Source: Gemmatimonadaceae bacterium (GTDB taxonomy: Bacteria > Gemmatimonadota > Gemmatimonadetes > Gemmatimonadales > Gemmatimonadaceae). Taken from it: a stretch of 64,000 bases of DNA. The translations under genes and the position numbers were made by a program. The stretch is taken from assembly GCA_044224875.1 (NCBI GenBank), contig JBGAJQ010000002.1, forward strand, positions 96,001 to 160,000. Reading direction: 5' to 3'. A model generated the notes under the pieces. The model had not been told where the DNA came from, made no database searches, and was given only the letters and a program-made list of their open reading frames with translations. Of the stretch, positions 31,727 to 41,522 are shown piece by piece. How positions within the stretch are numbered: position 1 is the first letter of the stretch; every line of letters begins with the position of its first letter.

Positions 31727-32140
31727 ATGGCAGACGATACGAAGACGAAAGACAAGTCGCTCAAGGATCGACTGACTCCAGAGCAGTATCACGTGACGCA
31801 GGAGAAGGGCACGGAACGCGCCTTTACTGGTGCCTACTGGGACACGCACGACGCTGGCATGTACAAGTGCGTCGTCTGTGGTGAGCCGCTCTTTTCATCC
31901 GACACGAAGTTCGATTCAGGAAGTGGGTGGCCCAGCTTCACCGCACCGGCCGCTGAGTCGGCGGTGAAGACGGAGTCCGACTACTCACACTTCATGCGTC
32001 GTACCGAGGTGATGTGCCAGAACTGCGGCTCTCACCTGGGACACGTATTCGACGACGGGCCGCGCGACGCCGGCGGCCTTCGGTACTGCATCAACTCCTG
32101 CGCGCTTTCGCTGGAGAAGAAGGACCAGCAGGGTTCATAG
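31727..32140 (+). CDS. msrB: Peptide-methionine (R)-S-oxide reductase
   Basis: [43 protein letters not shown]. Confidence 0.97.
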   Translation: MADDTKTKDKSLKDRLTPEQYHVTQEKGTERAFTGAYWDTHDAGMYKCVVCGEPLFSSDTKFDSGSGWPSFTAPAAESAVKTESDYSHFMRRTEVMCQNCGSHLGHVFDDGPRDAGGLRYCINSCALSLEKKDQQGS

Positions 32141-32158
32141 GGACGTCGGCGTGTACGA

Positions 32159-32184
32159 AACGGGGCCCCATGTGGGGCCCCGTT
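32159..32184. terminator. Bidirectional terminator between msrB and RidA gene
   Basis: AACGGGGCCCCA-tg-TGGGGCCCCGTT, followed by GTCTTTT. Confidence 0.8.
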
Positions 32185-32198
32185 GTCTTTTCGGCTCG

Positions 32199-32582
32199 TT
32201 AGGGTCGTTTGGCGACCAGTTCGATTTCCACCGCCGCGCCGAGGGGAAGTCCGGCGACCGCTATCGTGGTGCGGGCAGGAAAGGGCTTGGCGAAGCGCTG
32301 GCTGTAGGCGGCGTTCATGGCCGGAAAGTCCGCCATGTTTGTCAGGTAGACGTTACACTTGATCGCGTCATCCATCGACAAGCCGGAGTCCTTGAGCACG
32401 GCCTCCAGGTTGTCGAAGGCGCGCATGGTCTGCGCGCCGACGTCGCCCTCGATGAGTTTCCCAGTGGCCGGGTCGATCGGCGTTTGCCCTGAGAGGTACA
32501 GCAGGTCGCCGGCCCACACGGCATGCGAGTATGGGCCGATGGCGGCTGGGCCGTGGGTGCTGGTTACGGATTGGCGTGACAT
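32199..32582 (-). CDS. RidA family reactive-intermediate deaminase
   Basis: PAAIGPYS, SGQTP, FPAMN, PARTT, LPLGAAVEIE. Confidence 0.93.
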   Translation of the reverse strand: MSRQSVTSTHGPAAIGPYSHAVWAGDLLYLSGQTPIDPATGKLIEGDVGAQTMRAFDNLEAVLKDSGLSMDDAIKCNVYLTNMADFPAMNAAYSQRFAKPFPARTTIAVAGLPLGAAVEIELVAKRP

Positions 32583-32702
32583 CAGTTCTCCATCACGAGC
32601 GTGAGTGACCAAGTGCGGCCGCCGCGAGCAGGTGCAACGCGCACGGGCGCGGAGTGACAGGGAAATCTGGCGGCTTCTTCCCCCCGCGCAACGTGAACAA
32701 CG

Positions 32703-33938
32703 TCACGCGGTGCCACCTCGTTGCGCGATCAAGTGCATGACCTCAGGATTCACCCAATCCTGATCGTGGAAGTGTGTTCCCCATCCGATCGGGGTGACGT
32801 TTCGATACTCGTGCATGGTCTCATCGTCCACGAACCGCAGGCGCTTCCGCAGCGACGCGCGGGCGTTTGGCGCAGCGCCATGATCGAGCAGAAGCCGAGC
32901 CAGGCGATCACCGCGATGACCCGCCCGGTACGGTTGGGAAACGACGCACCCAAAGAGTGCTGTGTGCCCGCCGAATCCCTCATCATCAACGGGACCAACC
33001 ACGTCCGGGTTGGTGCCGTGTTCCAGGATCCACTGGGCGATCTCCACCTCGTCGTTGTCAACGCACAGGTGGAGGAGCGTGGTGTTCGCCAGTTCCGTTC
33101 CGTGCAGCGCCAGTGACGGGTCGGTGTCGCAGCCTAACGCCGGTGGATAAAACTCGGCATGCGTGTAGGAGCGGGTGAGGACGGTTGGATCGCGTTGTAC
33201 GTGCTGCGCGAGCAGGTCGATGCGACCGCGGTGAACGGCCATGGCCGGCGTATCGGGCATGTCGATGCCGTGTGCGGCGAGTAGATCAAGGCAGCGATGC
33301 TTGCCTTCAGAATTGCGTGTGTAGGTCTGCAGCAACATAGCGGCGGGCGCGAGCCGATTCCCCCTCTCGTCGGCCAGAGTCGCTCCCAGCTCCAACAGAA
33401 GGTGCAAGCCGTCGTAGTTCTGTGTCTCCGCCGGACCCATCGCGCCAAGCGATGGGCGTCCGCCCAGTGCGTAGAGGTGGCGTGCCGTGCCGATCTGGCC
33501 CTGAAGCACGGCCCGGTCAAAGGCGAAGTCGAGGTCGCCCGCGCCGAGTTGGTGCAACATGTCCACGAGACGATCGCGTCCGAGGTTCGCCGCGTATGAC
33601 ATGGGCGGACCCCAGTTCCCTCGAACGCCGCGTGCATCCTCAATCAGCAATGCCGGATGCGTAGTGACCAGGTGACGAACGGTCTCGAGGTCATCGCACC
33701 AGATTGCGTCGGTGAGTTCACAGGCGTGAACAAGACGCGGCCAGCTCGCGACACCGTACGCCCGTGCGAGCGTCAGTTGCGCGTCGGCAAGCCGGGGAGC
33801 GGATGGCGGATGTGGATGATGCTGCGCGAGCTCATCGAGCGCCCAACGCTCGCGAAGACGAATGGCGCGCAGCAGGTCCTTCGCCTGATGCCGGAGCTGA
33901 TCCAGGTCTGGGCGGACCGGGAGATGACGAGCGGGCAT
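32703..33938 (-). CDS. Ankyrin-repeat protein with N-terminal RPDLDQLRHQAKDLL domain
   Basis: LP.RPDLDQL..QAK.L, LADAQ..LAR.YG..SW; ankyrin-like PMSYAA, TLLHLC, HTALF; AGGAGG RBS. Confidence 0.82.
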   Translation of the reverse strand: MPARHLPVRPDLDQLRHQAKDLLRAIRLRERWALDELAQHHPHPPSAPRLADAQLTLARAYGVASWPRLVHACELTDAIWCDDLETVRHLVTTHPALLIEDARGVRGNWGPPMSYAANLGRDRLVDMLHQLGAGDLDFAFDRAVLQGQIGTARHLYALGGRPSLGAMGPAETQNYDGLHLLLELGATLADERGNRLAPAAMLLQTYTRNSEGKHRCLDLLAAHGIDMPDTPAMAVHRGRIDLLAQHVQRDPTVLTRSYTHAEFYPPALGCDTDPSLALHGTELANTTLLHLCVDNDEVEIAQWILEHGTNPDVVGPVDDEGFGGHTALFGCVVSQPYRAGHRGDRLARLLLDHGAAPNARASLRKRLRFVDDETMHEYRNVTPIGWGTHFHDQDWVNPEVMHLIAQRGGTA

Positions 33939-33950
33939 AACGAGCCTCCT

Positions 33951-34052
33951 GTGTACGCCCGTGTCCGCTGGTCGGGCATGAGGAGGTTCGTTGAACGAAG
34001 CCTCGAACCGCAACGCTCAGGTGGACTCGGTCCTCTCCGCGGACGGGTGGCG
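33951..34052 (-). ncRNA. Candidate structured 5' leader RNA of the ankyrin gene
   Basis: On the minus strand CACCCGTCCGC can pair with GCGGACACGGGCG just before the AGGAGG RBS; internal GAGGCTTCGT/ACGAACCTC hairpin. Confidence 0.4.
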
Positions 34053-34171
34053 CCCTGCGCGCCGCAATGAGCGTAATGCGCTTGCCCCGTTGCGAACAAG
34101 CCCCACATTCCGTGCATTCGCGGCCCGCCGTATGCGCGGCCAGTTTCAGACCGTTGAGGCTAGGGTCTCCC

Positions 34172-35152
34172 ATGTTAAAGAAGATCGGCGTTGTGGTCCT
34201 GCTCGTCGTGATCCTGTGTGGCGGCATCGTGGTATTTGCGCGTGTGCGAAATCCCGAAAAGCGCGAGATGAATGAAGAGGCACGGGCGGGCGTACCCGGC
34301 CAGTTCGTGACGCTGGCCGACGGCGTCACGCACTACGACGTTGCCGGGCCAGACACGGGTTCGCGCGTCGTGCTCGTCCACGGGTTCTCGGTTCCGTACT
34401 ACATCTGGGACTCGACTTCGGTGGCGCTCAGCAAGGCGGGGTTTCGTGTGGCTCGTTATGACCACTTCGGGCGCGGCTACTCCGATCGTCCGGCCGTTCG
34501 TTACACGGCCAGGTTGTACGATCGTCAGCTAGAACAGTTGCTGGATTCGCTGGGTTGGCGCGACCCCGTGCATATCGTCGGGCTTTCCATGGGCGGACCG
34601 GTGGTGGCGGGATTCGCCGCTAAGCACCCGGAACGTGTGAAATCGTTGACCCTTGTTGATCCAGCCGCAGGCGGGGATGGAGGCGTGCCCTGGTATTTCA
34701 AGGTACCGTTTTTCGGTCGCCTGCTCTGGCAGTCTCTGGCCGTACCATCCATGGCCGATGGACAGGTATCCGACTTCTACGAACCGCAGAAGTGGCCGGA
34801 CTGGGCCGACCGGTATCGACCACAAGTGGAATTCAGGGGATTCGGTCGTGCCCTCCTGTCCACACGACTCGAATCAGCCCGTGGGCCTCGAGACGGCGTC
34901 TATGCGCAGGCGGGCAAGACCGGAGTGCCAGCGTTGCTGATCTGGGGCAAGGAGGACCAAACCGTTCCGATCAAGTTCGCGGACGTGGTGCAGAAGGGAA
35001 TTCCACAGGTCCAATTCCATCCGATTGACCGCGCTGGCCATCTTCCGCACATGGAGCGCACGGACGTAGTGAACCCGCTACTGATCGCTTTCCTGCACTC
35101 GGCCGACTCCGCGCACACGCCGAAGGCGGACTCCACCAAGGCCGCGAAGTAA
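34172..35152 (+). CDS. Alpha/beta hydrolase with N-terminal membrane anchor
   Basis: LVHGFS, GRGYSD, GLSMGG nucleophile elbow, IWGKEDQTVP, AGHLPH. Confidence 0.92.
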   Translation: MLKKIGVVVLLVVILCGGIVVFARVRNPEKREMNEEARAGVPGQFVTLADGVTHYDVAGPDTGSRVVLVHGFSVPYYIWDSTSVALSKAGFRVARYDHFGRGYSDRPAVRYTARLYDRQLEQLLDSLGWRDPVHIVGLSMGGPVVAGFAAKHPERVKSLTLVDPAAGGDGGVPWYFKVPFFGRLLWQSLAVPSMADGQVSDFYEPQKWPDWADRYRPQVEFRGFGRALLSTRLESARGPRDGVYAQAGKTGVPALLIWGKEDQTVPIKFADVVQKGIPQVQFHPIDRAGHLPHMERTDVVNPLLIAFLHSADSAHTPKADSTKAAK

Positions 35153-35178
35153 GGACCGGCATCGCGGGGCCCTCGCCG

Positions 35179-36657
35179 TCACATCGTGTCCAGCCCGCGG
35201 ATCAGTCGGGCCATGAAGCTCACGGCGGTCGCAAAGTCCGCTGCACGCACGCGCTCGTTGACGCCATGGACCCGCTCGCGATCGCCATCGCCTAACGGGA
35301 TTGGCAGGAACCGGTACACGTGCGTGCTGTGCGGGCCCCAATACTTGGCATCGGTGCCACCCATGACGAGGTAGGGGATGACGGGTACGCGTCCCCCTGG
35401 CTCCATCGCCGCGATGGTGCGCGAAAGCCCCACGTAGCCGGGCGCGGCAATGTCGGACACGGGTGAAGGATCCACACCCGCGCTATCGATGGGCGCCACC
35501 GTGATCTGCGAATCCGCGATGACCTGGGCGACGCGCTCCTTGACCGACGCGACCGTTTCTCCAGACGCAATCCGGAAATTCACCACCGCGGACGCCTCGG
35601 GAGGCAGCACGTTGTCCTTGATGCCGGCCGACAGCATGGTTGGTGCGGTGGTGGTGTGGAGGAGGGCAGCGCCTAACGGGTTGCCCTGCAGCCCACGCTC
35701 GACGATCGGCGCAGTGAGCCACAGGTTGGCCATGACCACCTTGGTGGTGAACGGCATGTACGGTGCCATCGCCTCCACCATACCCCGTGTGGGTGCGTTG
35801 AGGTTGGACGGGAAAGGATTCGCCTCGAGCTTGGCAATCGCCCGACTCAAGGCGCCCACCGCCGTTCTAGCTGTCGGCATCGACGAGTGCCCACCGTCGG
35901 CGCGTGCCGTGAGCCGGAGGCTCACGTATCCCTTCTCGGCGATGCCGACGATCGCGGCGCGATCCTTGATTCCGGGGAGAATGCCAGCTCCCATGAACCC
36001 GCCCTCGTCCAGCACCAGCACAGGCTTCACTCCCCGCTTCACCAGCTCCTCTACGATAAGGCGCGCGCCGTAGCGGCCGCCGACTTCCTCGTCGTGTCCA
36101 AAGGTGAGGTAGACCGTACGTTTGGGCCGATAACCGGAGGCCAGCAGTCCCTCAACCGCCTCCAGAACGGCGAGCACGGTGGACTTGTCGTCCAGTGTTC
36201 CGCGTCCCCAGACAAACCCGTCAGCTACATCACCAGAGAAGGGGCCATGCTGCCAGTCCTTCAGGTTGGGCTCTGGAACGGGCACGACGTCCATGTGCCC
36301 CATCAGCACCAGCGGTGGCAGCGTGGTGTCCGTCCCGGTCCACGTGTACAACAAGCTCAACCCGGCGACGTACTCGCGGGTGAGCTGCTGGTGCACCAAC
36401 GGAAAGGTCTGCTCGAAGTAGGTGTGCAGCCCAAGAAAGGCCGCCGTGTCGATCGGGCCGCCCGACGTCAGCGAGACGGTCGGAAACTTCACGGCGCCGG
36501 CGAGATGCGCGGCGGCCAAGGCCGTGTCGACCGCGGGAGGCGCATCCGATGGGCTGCCAATGACTGGCGCCGGCGGGGACAAGCGTGCGGCCCGAACGCT
36601 CATGACGGCGCCCACGACAAGGAGCAACAGGACGAGAAGCGCCCCGAATTTCTTCAT
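35179..36657 (-). CDS. M20 peptidase, carboxypeptidase S / PM20D1-like
   Basis: GHMDVVP, WGRGTLDDK, GHDEEVGG, DEGG, GGHSSMP, GGTDAK, HGVNER. Confidence 0.9.
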   Translation of the reverse strand: MKKFGALLVLLLLVVGAVMSVRAARLSPPAPVIGSPSDAPPAVDTALAAAHLAGAVKFPTVSLTSGGPIDTAAFLGLHTYFEQTFPLVHQQLTREYVAGLSLLYTWTGTDTTLPPLVLMGHMDVVPVPEPNLKDWQHGPFSGDVADGFVWGRGTLDDKSTVLAVLEAVEGLLASGYRPKRTVYLTFGHDEEVGGRYGARLIVEELVKRGVKPVLVLDEGGFMGAGILPGIKDRAAIVGIAEKGYVSLRLTARADGGHSSMPTARTAVGALSRAIAKLEANPFPSNLNAPTRGMVEAMAPYMPFTTKVVMANLWLTAPIVERGLQGNPLGAALLHTTTAPTMLSAGIKDNVLPPEASAVVNFRIASGETVASVKERVAQVIADSQITVAPIDSAGVDPSPVSDIAAPGYVGLSRTIAAMEPGGRVPVIPYLVMGGTDAKYWGPHSTHVYRFLPIPLGDGDRERVHGVNERVRAADFATAVSFMARLIRGLDTM

Positions 36658-36720
36658 GACCGGTTCCATTGAGAGTCCGCCGAGAATGTGCGCGACCGAC
36701 TGATTGGGCGCCAGCACTGC

Positions 36721-36793
36721 TTCCATCGATAATCGATGGGGGATTGACAGGATCATCGCCTTGGCGAATCTTCCCATCGTCTATCGATAGGAA
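36721..36793 (+). promoter_or_regulatory. padR promoter flanked by two related palindromic operators (CCATCG-N5-CGATRG)
   Basis: CCATCGAT-a-ATCGATGG (36723-36739); TTGACA (36744-36749); GAATCT (36766-36771); TTCCCATCG-tctat-CGATAGGAA (36771-36793). Confidence 0.65.
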
Positions 36794-36811
36794 CCCTCGG
36801 GAGGATGCGTC

Positions 36812-37144
36812 ATGGGCGCTGACAGAAGCGAACTTCTTCCGGGCACACTGGACCTGTTGGTACTTCGAACCCTGCTGGGTGGCCCGCGGCATGGCTATGG
36901 CATCGCTCAGCGGCTCAAGGTGCTGTCGAGCGACGTGCTCCAAGTAGGTGAGAGTTCACTTTATCCGGCGCTCCAGCGTCTCCTGTTGGATGGGTACGTG
37001 AAGGCCGAGTGGGGATCCTCCGAGAACAATCGACGGGCGCGGTACTACACCCTCACGGCGTCGGGGCGCCGGCACCTCGTGAGCCAGCGCGAGGCCTTCG
37101 AGCGCGTTGTGACGGCGATTCAGCACGTCCTCGAGTTCGCCTGA
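36812..37144 (+). CDS. PadR family transcriptional regulator (acidobacterial type)
   Basis: GTLDLLVL, HGYGIA, SLYPALQRL, SENNRRARYY. Confidence 0.93.
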   Translation: MGADRSELLPGTLDLLVLRTLLGGPRHGYGIAQRLKVLSSDVLQVGESSLYPALQRLLLDGYVKAEWGSSENNRRARYYTLTASGRRHLVSQREAFERVVTAIQHVLEFA

Positions 37145-37147
37145 CGC

Positions 37148-39847
37148 ATGCGATTCATCCAACGTCTTCGCTATTGGCTCCAGCATCGCCAGCGCGCGGC
37201 GGAGTTGCACGAGGAGATGGCGATCCACCGCGAATTGGTGGAGCACGAGTACCGCGCACAGGGCATGGCGCAGCATGCAGCGCGTGATGCGGCCCGGCGA
37301 CGCATGGGGAATGAGACCTACATGCGTGAGGAATCGAGCGGCGTGTGGATCTGGCCGGCGCTGTCCGCGTTAGGCGTTGATATGCGTTACGCCGTGCGGT
37401 CTTTTCGACGGTCACCTGGGTTTACGGCGATCGCCGCGGCCACCCTGGCGTTCGGCATAGCCGCCAACCTGGCGATGTTCGGAGTCGTCGACGCCCTTCT
37501 CTTTCGTGCGCCGGAGGGCATCCGCGATCCGCAGGACATGGTGCGCATCAGCATCGAGGCGCCCGAAGTCGGCGACCAAGGCGCGCGCGAGCTGTCCGAC
37601 GTGGTGTCGTATCCGGACTTCGAGACCCTTCGAACGAACGCGGGCGCGTTTGGCGACATCGCGGCCTTCTTGCGCACGCCGCTGGTAGTTGGCGAGGGGG
37701 ATGCGGCGCGCCACGAAGAGGTTCTTCTCGTCAGCGGCAACTACTTCTCGCTGCTTGGCGCGTCGCCCTTGCTGGGTCGCGCACTCGGCGCAACAGACGA
37801 TCAAGAAGGCGCCGCGCTGCCGGTTGCCATACTCAGTTGGGAGTTCTGGCAGCGAGCGTTCGGCGGCGATCCTCGCACGATCGGCAAGACGATTCGTGTG
37901 AGCGGGCAGCCGTTTGCGGTAGTGGGTATTGCCGCACGTCATTTTGTTGGCACCGACCTTGGGCGTCCGGCGCTTTGGCTCCCGCTGCAATCGGCGTGGA
38001 ACCTGGGGTACGATCCACAACTCATGCGCGCCGAGCACGCCACGTGGCTGAGCCTGACGGCCAGGTTGCGCGCTCCATTGACGCGCGCGCAGGCCAGCGC
38101 GCGAGCCAGTACCGCGTTGCAGCTTGCGCGGGCTCCGACCGGCGTACCCGCCGAGGTGGGGAAAGGGGGTGCCAATGCCGCGCCGCTGGTTCGACTCTCG
38201 CCGATGTCCGGTGCAGGACGAACATCGGTCGTTCAAGACAACGCCTCGGATCGCACACCGCCCGTGTCCCTGTGGTTCCTCGGGATTACCGGTGTGGTGA
38301 TGCTGATTGCCTGTGCGAACGTCGCCAACCTGCTTTTGGCGCGTGCGTCTACCCGCCAGCATGAACTCGCGGTGCGCGCCTCACTCGGAGCAACACGCGG
38401 GCGGTTGACGCGCCAGCTCCTTACGGAGAGCGTGGTGCTGTCATCAGCGGGTGTACTCGCCGGTGTCCTCCTCGCTGCCGTCGCAGTGACCCTGCTCCCC
38501 CGCCTGGTGACACTGCCTCCGCTTCCGCCGCTGCTGTCACAACGGCTGTTGGGGTTTACCGTCCTGTTGCTGGTGGCTACCACGGTGCTGGCGGGGATAG
38601 CCCCGGCGGTGCGGGCGTCGCGCGATACCCTTCGCCTGCACCTTGGCCTAGCGACGCGCGCAGGCGGAAGCCGGTCGCTCGTGCGGCAAGTGCTGGTTGT
38701 GGTGCAACTGGCAGCATCCGTCGTGCTCCTCGTCAGCGCCGCCCTTTTCCTGCGCAGTATGCAGCGGGTGCGGGCGATTGACGCGGGAATTCGTGTGGGT
38801 CAACTGCTGGAGGTATCCGGAGACACCCGTGTCGCGACGTTATCGCGTGTGGCATCGGATGCCTTCTGGCGAAGTGCGCTGGAACGCGTGCAGCGAATTG
38901 GTGGTGTGCGGACTGCGGCGTTAGGCGGGTTCCTGCCATTTGAAGACGCCTACGCCATGCCGGTGGCGGTGCCCGGTGAGGGGACGCCCATACCCGTGCA
39001 ACCCGAATTCGCCGATGCGAATTACTTCCGAACGCTCGGTCTCTCGCTGCGTGCCGGCCGGGAGTTCACGGACGTCGACCAGGCCGCCGGCGCGGCCCCC
39101 GTGGTCATCCTGAACGAATCGCTGTCCCGCCGGCTGTTCGGCGGCGCGAACCCGATCGGTCGCTGCGTCCGAGCGGGGCCTGTTGGCCCTGACGGGGCAT
39201 GCGCACAAGTGATCGGCGTCGTGGCCGACGCGAAGTATGGCGAGTTGACGCGCGATCCCGTGCCACTCTTCTATCGACCAATGGGTGCGCGGCCGGTGAA
39301 CGGCGGGTATGGTGCAGTCCTTCACGTTCGCACGGATGGCGACCCTGCGAACCTGGTGGGGGCGGTGCGTCGCGAGATCCTTCGTCTGGATCCGACGCTG
39401 CTGTACGTCCGCGTGCAGGCCCTGCAGGACCTGGTGGCGCCACAAATCGCGCCGTGGCGAACCGGGACCTGGATCTTCTCTGTCTTCGGTGGCGTCGGGT
39501 TGCTGCTGGCGGCGATCGGTTTGTATGGCGTGATCAACCTCTTGGTGCAGGAGCGGACCCACGAGCTGGGCGTTCGGATGGCCCTCGGCGCCGCACGTGG
39601 CGACGTCATGCGCATGGTGTTTGGCCAGGGTGTTCGGCTGACGGCGTTGGGGCTGGCGATTGGTGCCCTTGGTGCCGCGGCCGCGTCGCAACTGTTTGCC
39701 GCCATGATCTATGGGATCCACCGGAGCGATCCGGTGGCGTACCTGACGGCAGCGGTCGTACTGACTTCGGTGGCGCTCATCGCCTTGTGGGTGCCAGCGC
39801 GCCGAGCGACGCGACTCGATCCCGTCATCGCATTGCGCGGTTCGTGA
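37148..39847 (+). CDS. Duplicated MacB/FtsX-like orphan ABC permease (ADOP family)
   Basis: DMRYAVRSF, GIAAN, LIACANVANLLL, R.SLGA.RGRL..QLLTES, ELGVRMALGA, PARRA.R.DP. Confidence 0.92.
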   Translation: MRFIQRLRYWLQHRQRAAELHEEMAIHRELVEHEYRAQGMAQHAARDAARRRMGNETYMREESSGVWIWPALSALGVDMRYAVRSFRRSPGFTAIAAATLAFGIAANLAMFGVVDALLFRAPEGIRDPQDMVRISIEAPEVGDQGARELSDVVSYPDFETLRTNAGAFGDIAAFLRTPLVVGEGDAARHEEVLLVSGNYFSLLGASPLLGRALGATDDQEGAALPVAILSWEFWQRAFGGDPRTIGKTIRVSGQPFAVVGIAARHFVGTDLGRPALWLPLQSAWNLGYDPQLMRAEHATWLSLTARLRAPLTRAQASARASTALQLARAPTGVPAEVGKGGANAAPLVRLSPMSGAGRTSVVQDNASDRTPPVSLWFLGITGVVMLIACANVANLLLARASTRQHELAVRASLGATRGRLTRQLLTESVVLSSAGVLAGVLLAAVAVTLLPRLVTLPPLPPLLSQRLLGFTVLLLVATTVLAGIAPAVRASRDTLRLHLGLATRAGGSRSLVRQVLVVVQLAASVVLLVSAALFLRSMQRVRAIDAGIRVGQLLEVSGDTRVATLSRVASDAFWRSALERVQRIGGVRTAALGGFLPFEDAYAMPVAVPGEGTPIPVQPEFADANYFRTLGLSLRAGREFTDVDQAAGAAPVVILNESLSRRLFGGANPIGRCVRAGPVGPDGACAQVIGVVADAKYGELTRDPVPLFYRPMGARPVNGGYGAVLHVRTDGDPANLVGAVRREILRLDPTLLYVRVQALQDLVAPQIAPWRTGTWIFSVFGGVGLLLAAIGLYGVINLLVQERTHELGVRMALGAARGDVMRMVFGQGVRLTALGLAIGALGAAAASQLFAAMIYGIHRSDPVAYLTAAVVLTSVALIALWVPARRATRLDPVIALRGS

Positions 39848-39892
39848 CTTGCCGAGCAGCGCCCAAGGAAAGCACTGGCGTCAGGTAAACGA

Positions 39893-39924
39893 AGGGCGGG
39901 GCATCCGACAGGACGCCCCGCCCT
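39893..39924. terminator. Hairpin between convergent permease and rho genes
   Basis: AGGGCGGGGC / GCCCCGCCCT 10-bp stem. Confidence 0.7.
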
Positions 39925-39944
39925 GAACAAAATGAGGGACCTGT

Positions 39945-41522
39945 CTACAGGCCGGCGAGCAGCGCGTCGTTGTTCGCCGTGTTGGCGATGCGCTTGATCA
40001 TCCATTCCATGGCCGCTTGTGGCGGCATTTGCTGGAGTCCGCGCCGAAGCGTGTAGATGGCGTCGATCTGGTCTGGCTTGTACAACTTTTCCTCGCGTCT
40101 GGTGCCCGACGCTGCGATGTCAAACGCCGGGAAGATTCGCTTTTCACTCAACGAACGATCCAGCTTGATCTCGCAGTTGCCGGTTCCCTTGAATTCCTCG
40201 AAGATCACGTCATCCATGCGTGAGCCCGTCTCCACCAGAGCGGTCGAGATAATCGTTAGGCTCCCACCGCCATCCTTCTCGGCCACCGAGCGGGCCGAAC
40301 CGAAGAAGGCCTTGGGTTTGGCCATCGCCGTGGTATCGAGGCCGCCGGACATGGTGCGGCCCGACCCGCGTTCGGCGGTGTTATGGGCACGAGCCATGCG
40401 GGTGAGCGAATCGAGCACGATGACGACGTCGCGACCCATTTCCACCAGTCGACGTGCGTGCTCCAGCACCATCTCACACACCTCCACATGTCGGTGAGCG
40501 GGCTGGTCGAATGACGAAGCAATGACTTCGCCGACGCCCCATGAAATCGCCTCGCTGACTTCTTCCGGCCGCTCGTCGACCAGTAAGATGAGCAGCACCG
40601 CGTTCGGATGATTGAGGGCGATCCCTTCGGTCAGCGCATGCAATAGCATCGTCTTGCCGGCGCGCGCGGGAGCGACAATGAGGGCGCGTTGGCCATAACC
40701 GATCGGGGCCATCAGGTCGATGCAGCGACGCGTGAGCTCCGGTCCGCCACGTGCGGCGCGGCCGGTCTCCATGGTTAGGCGGCGATCGGGGTACGTGGCC
40801 GTCAGCGACTGGAAGTCGGGTCGTCGCGTGAGGGTGGCCGGGTCTGCACCGTTGATGCTGGTGACGTCGCAGACGACGACGCGGTTGCGTTGATCGTGGC
40901 CCGTGGAGGCCGTCAGCAAGTCGCCGCGGCGGAGCGCGAACTGGCGGACCACATGCGGTGGTACCCATGCGTCGCCATTTTCGGCCAGATAACTGTTGCT
41001 GACTCGGCGGATGAAGCCGCCATCGCGCGACGCGTCAAACCAGCCGACCGTTTCGGCGTCTGGGACAACCGGTGCCGTTGGTGCCTGTGGTTCATGTCCG
41101 CGTCGTCCCCGTCGGTTGCGACGATGACGTCGGCCATTGCGACCGCCGTGGAAATCGTCGCGCTGGCGTTGGCGGTCGTCGAATCGATTCTGACCGCCGC
41201 CCTGGGGAGCTCCCCGCTCGCGAGGAAGTTCAACGACGCCGTTGCCCGCCTCGGTGCTCGTCGCCTCGTTGGAAGCGGCTGCTGGCGGTGCGTCCTGATC
41301 ACTGCCGCTGTCGTTTGCGGCGACGGGTCCTTCATCGCCTCCGCCGCGCTGATCCTCGTCGCGATCAGGAGGGGAGCTGTCTGCCGGCTCAGCAGCGGTC
41401 GTGGCGTCAGCTCCTTCTTCGGGGCCGTCGCGGTACGGATTCGGCTCGCCCGTGGATTCCGCAGCGCGATCCTTGCGGGTAGGGCGACGGCCACGACGGT
41501 ACGGGCGTCGACGTTCGGTCAT
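39945..41522 (-). CDS. rho: Transcription termination factor Rho with long low-complexity N-terminal extension
   Basis: PIGYGQRALIVAPARAGKT, LLVDERPEEV, LDSLTR, MSGGLD, TALVETGSRMDDVIFEEFKGTGN, SGTRREE. Confidence 0.96.
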   Translation of the reverse strand: MTERRRPYRRGRRPTRKDRAAESTGEPNPYRDGPEEGADATTAAEPADSSPPDRDEDQRGGGDEGPVAANDSGSDQDAPPAAASNEATSTEAGNGVVELPRERGAPQGGGQNRFDDRQRQRDDFHGGRNGRRHRRNRRGRRGHEPQAPTAPVVPDAETVGWFDASRDGGFIRRVSNSYLAENGDAWVPPHVVRQFALRRGDLLTASTGHDQRNRVVVCDVTSINGADPATLTRRPDFQSLTATYPDRRLTMETGRAARGGPELTRRCIDLMAPIGYGQRALIVAPARAGKTMLLHALTEGIALNHPNAVLLILLVDERPEEVSEAISWGVGEVIASSFDQPAHRHVEVCEMVLEHARRLVEMGRDVVIVLDSLTRMARAHNTAERGSGRTMSGGLDTTAMAKPKAFFGSARSVAEKDGGGSLTIISTALVETGSRMDDVIFEEFKGTGNCEIKLDRSLSEKRIFPAFDIAASGTRREEKLYKPDQIDAIYTLRRGLQQMPPQAAMEWMIKRIANTANNDALLAGL

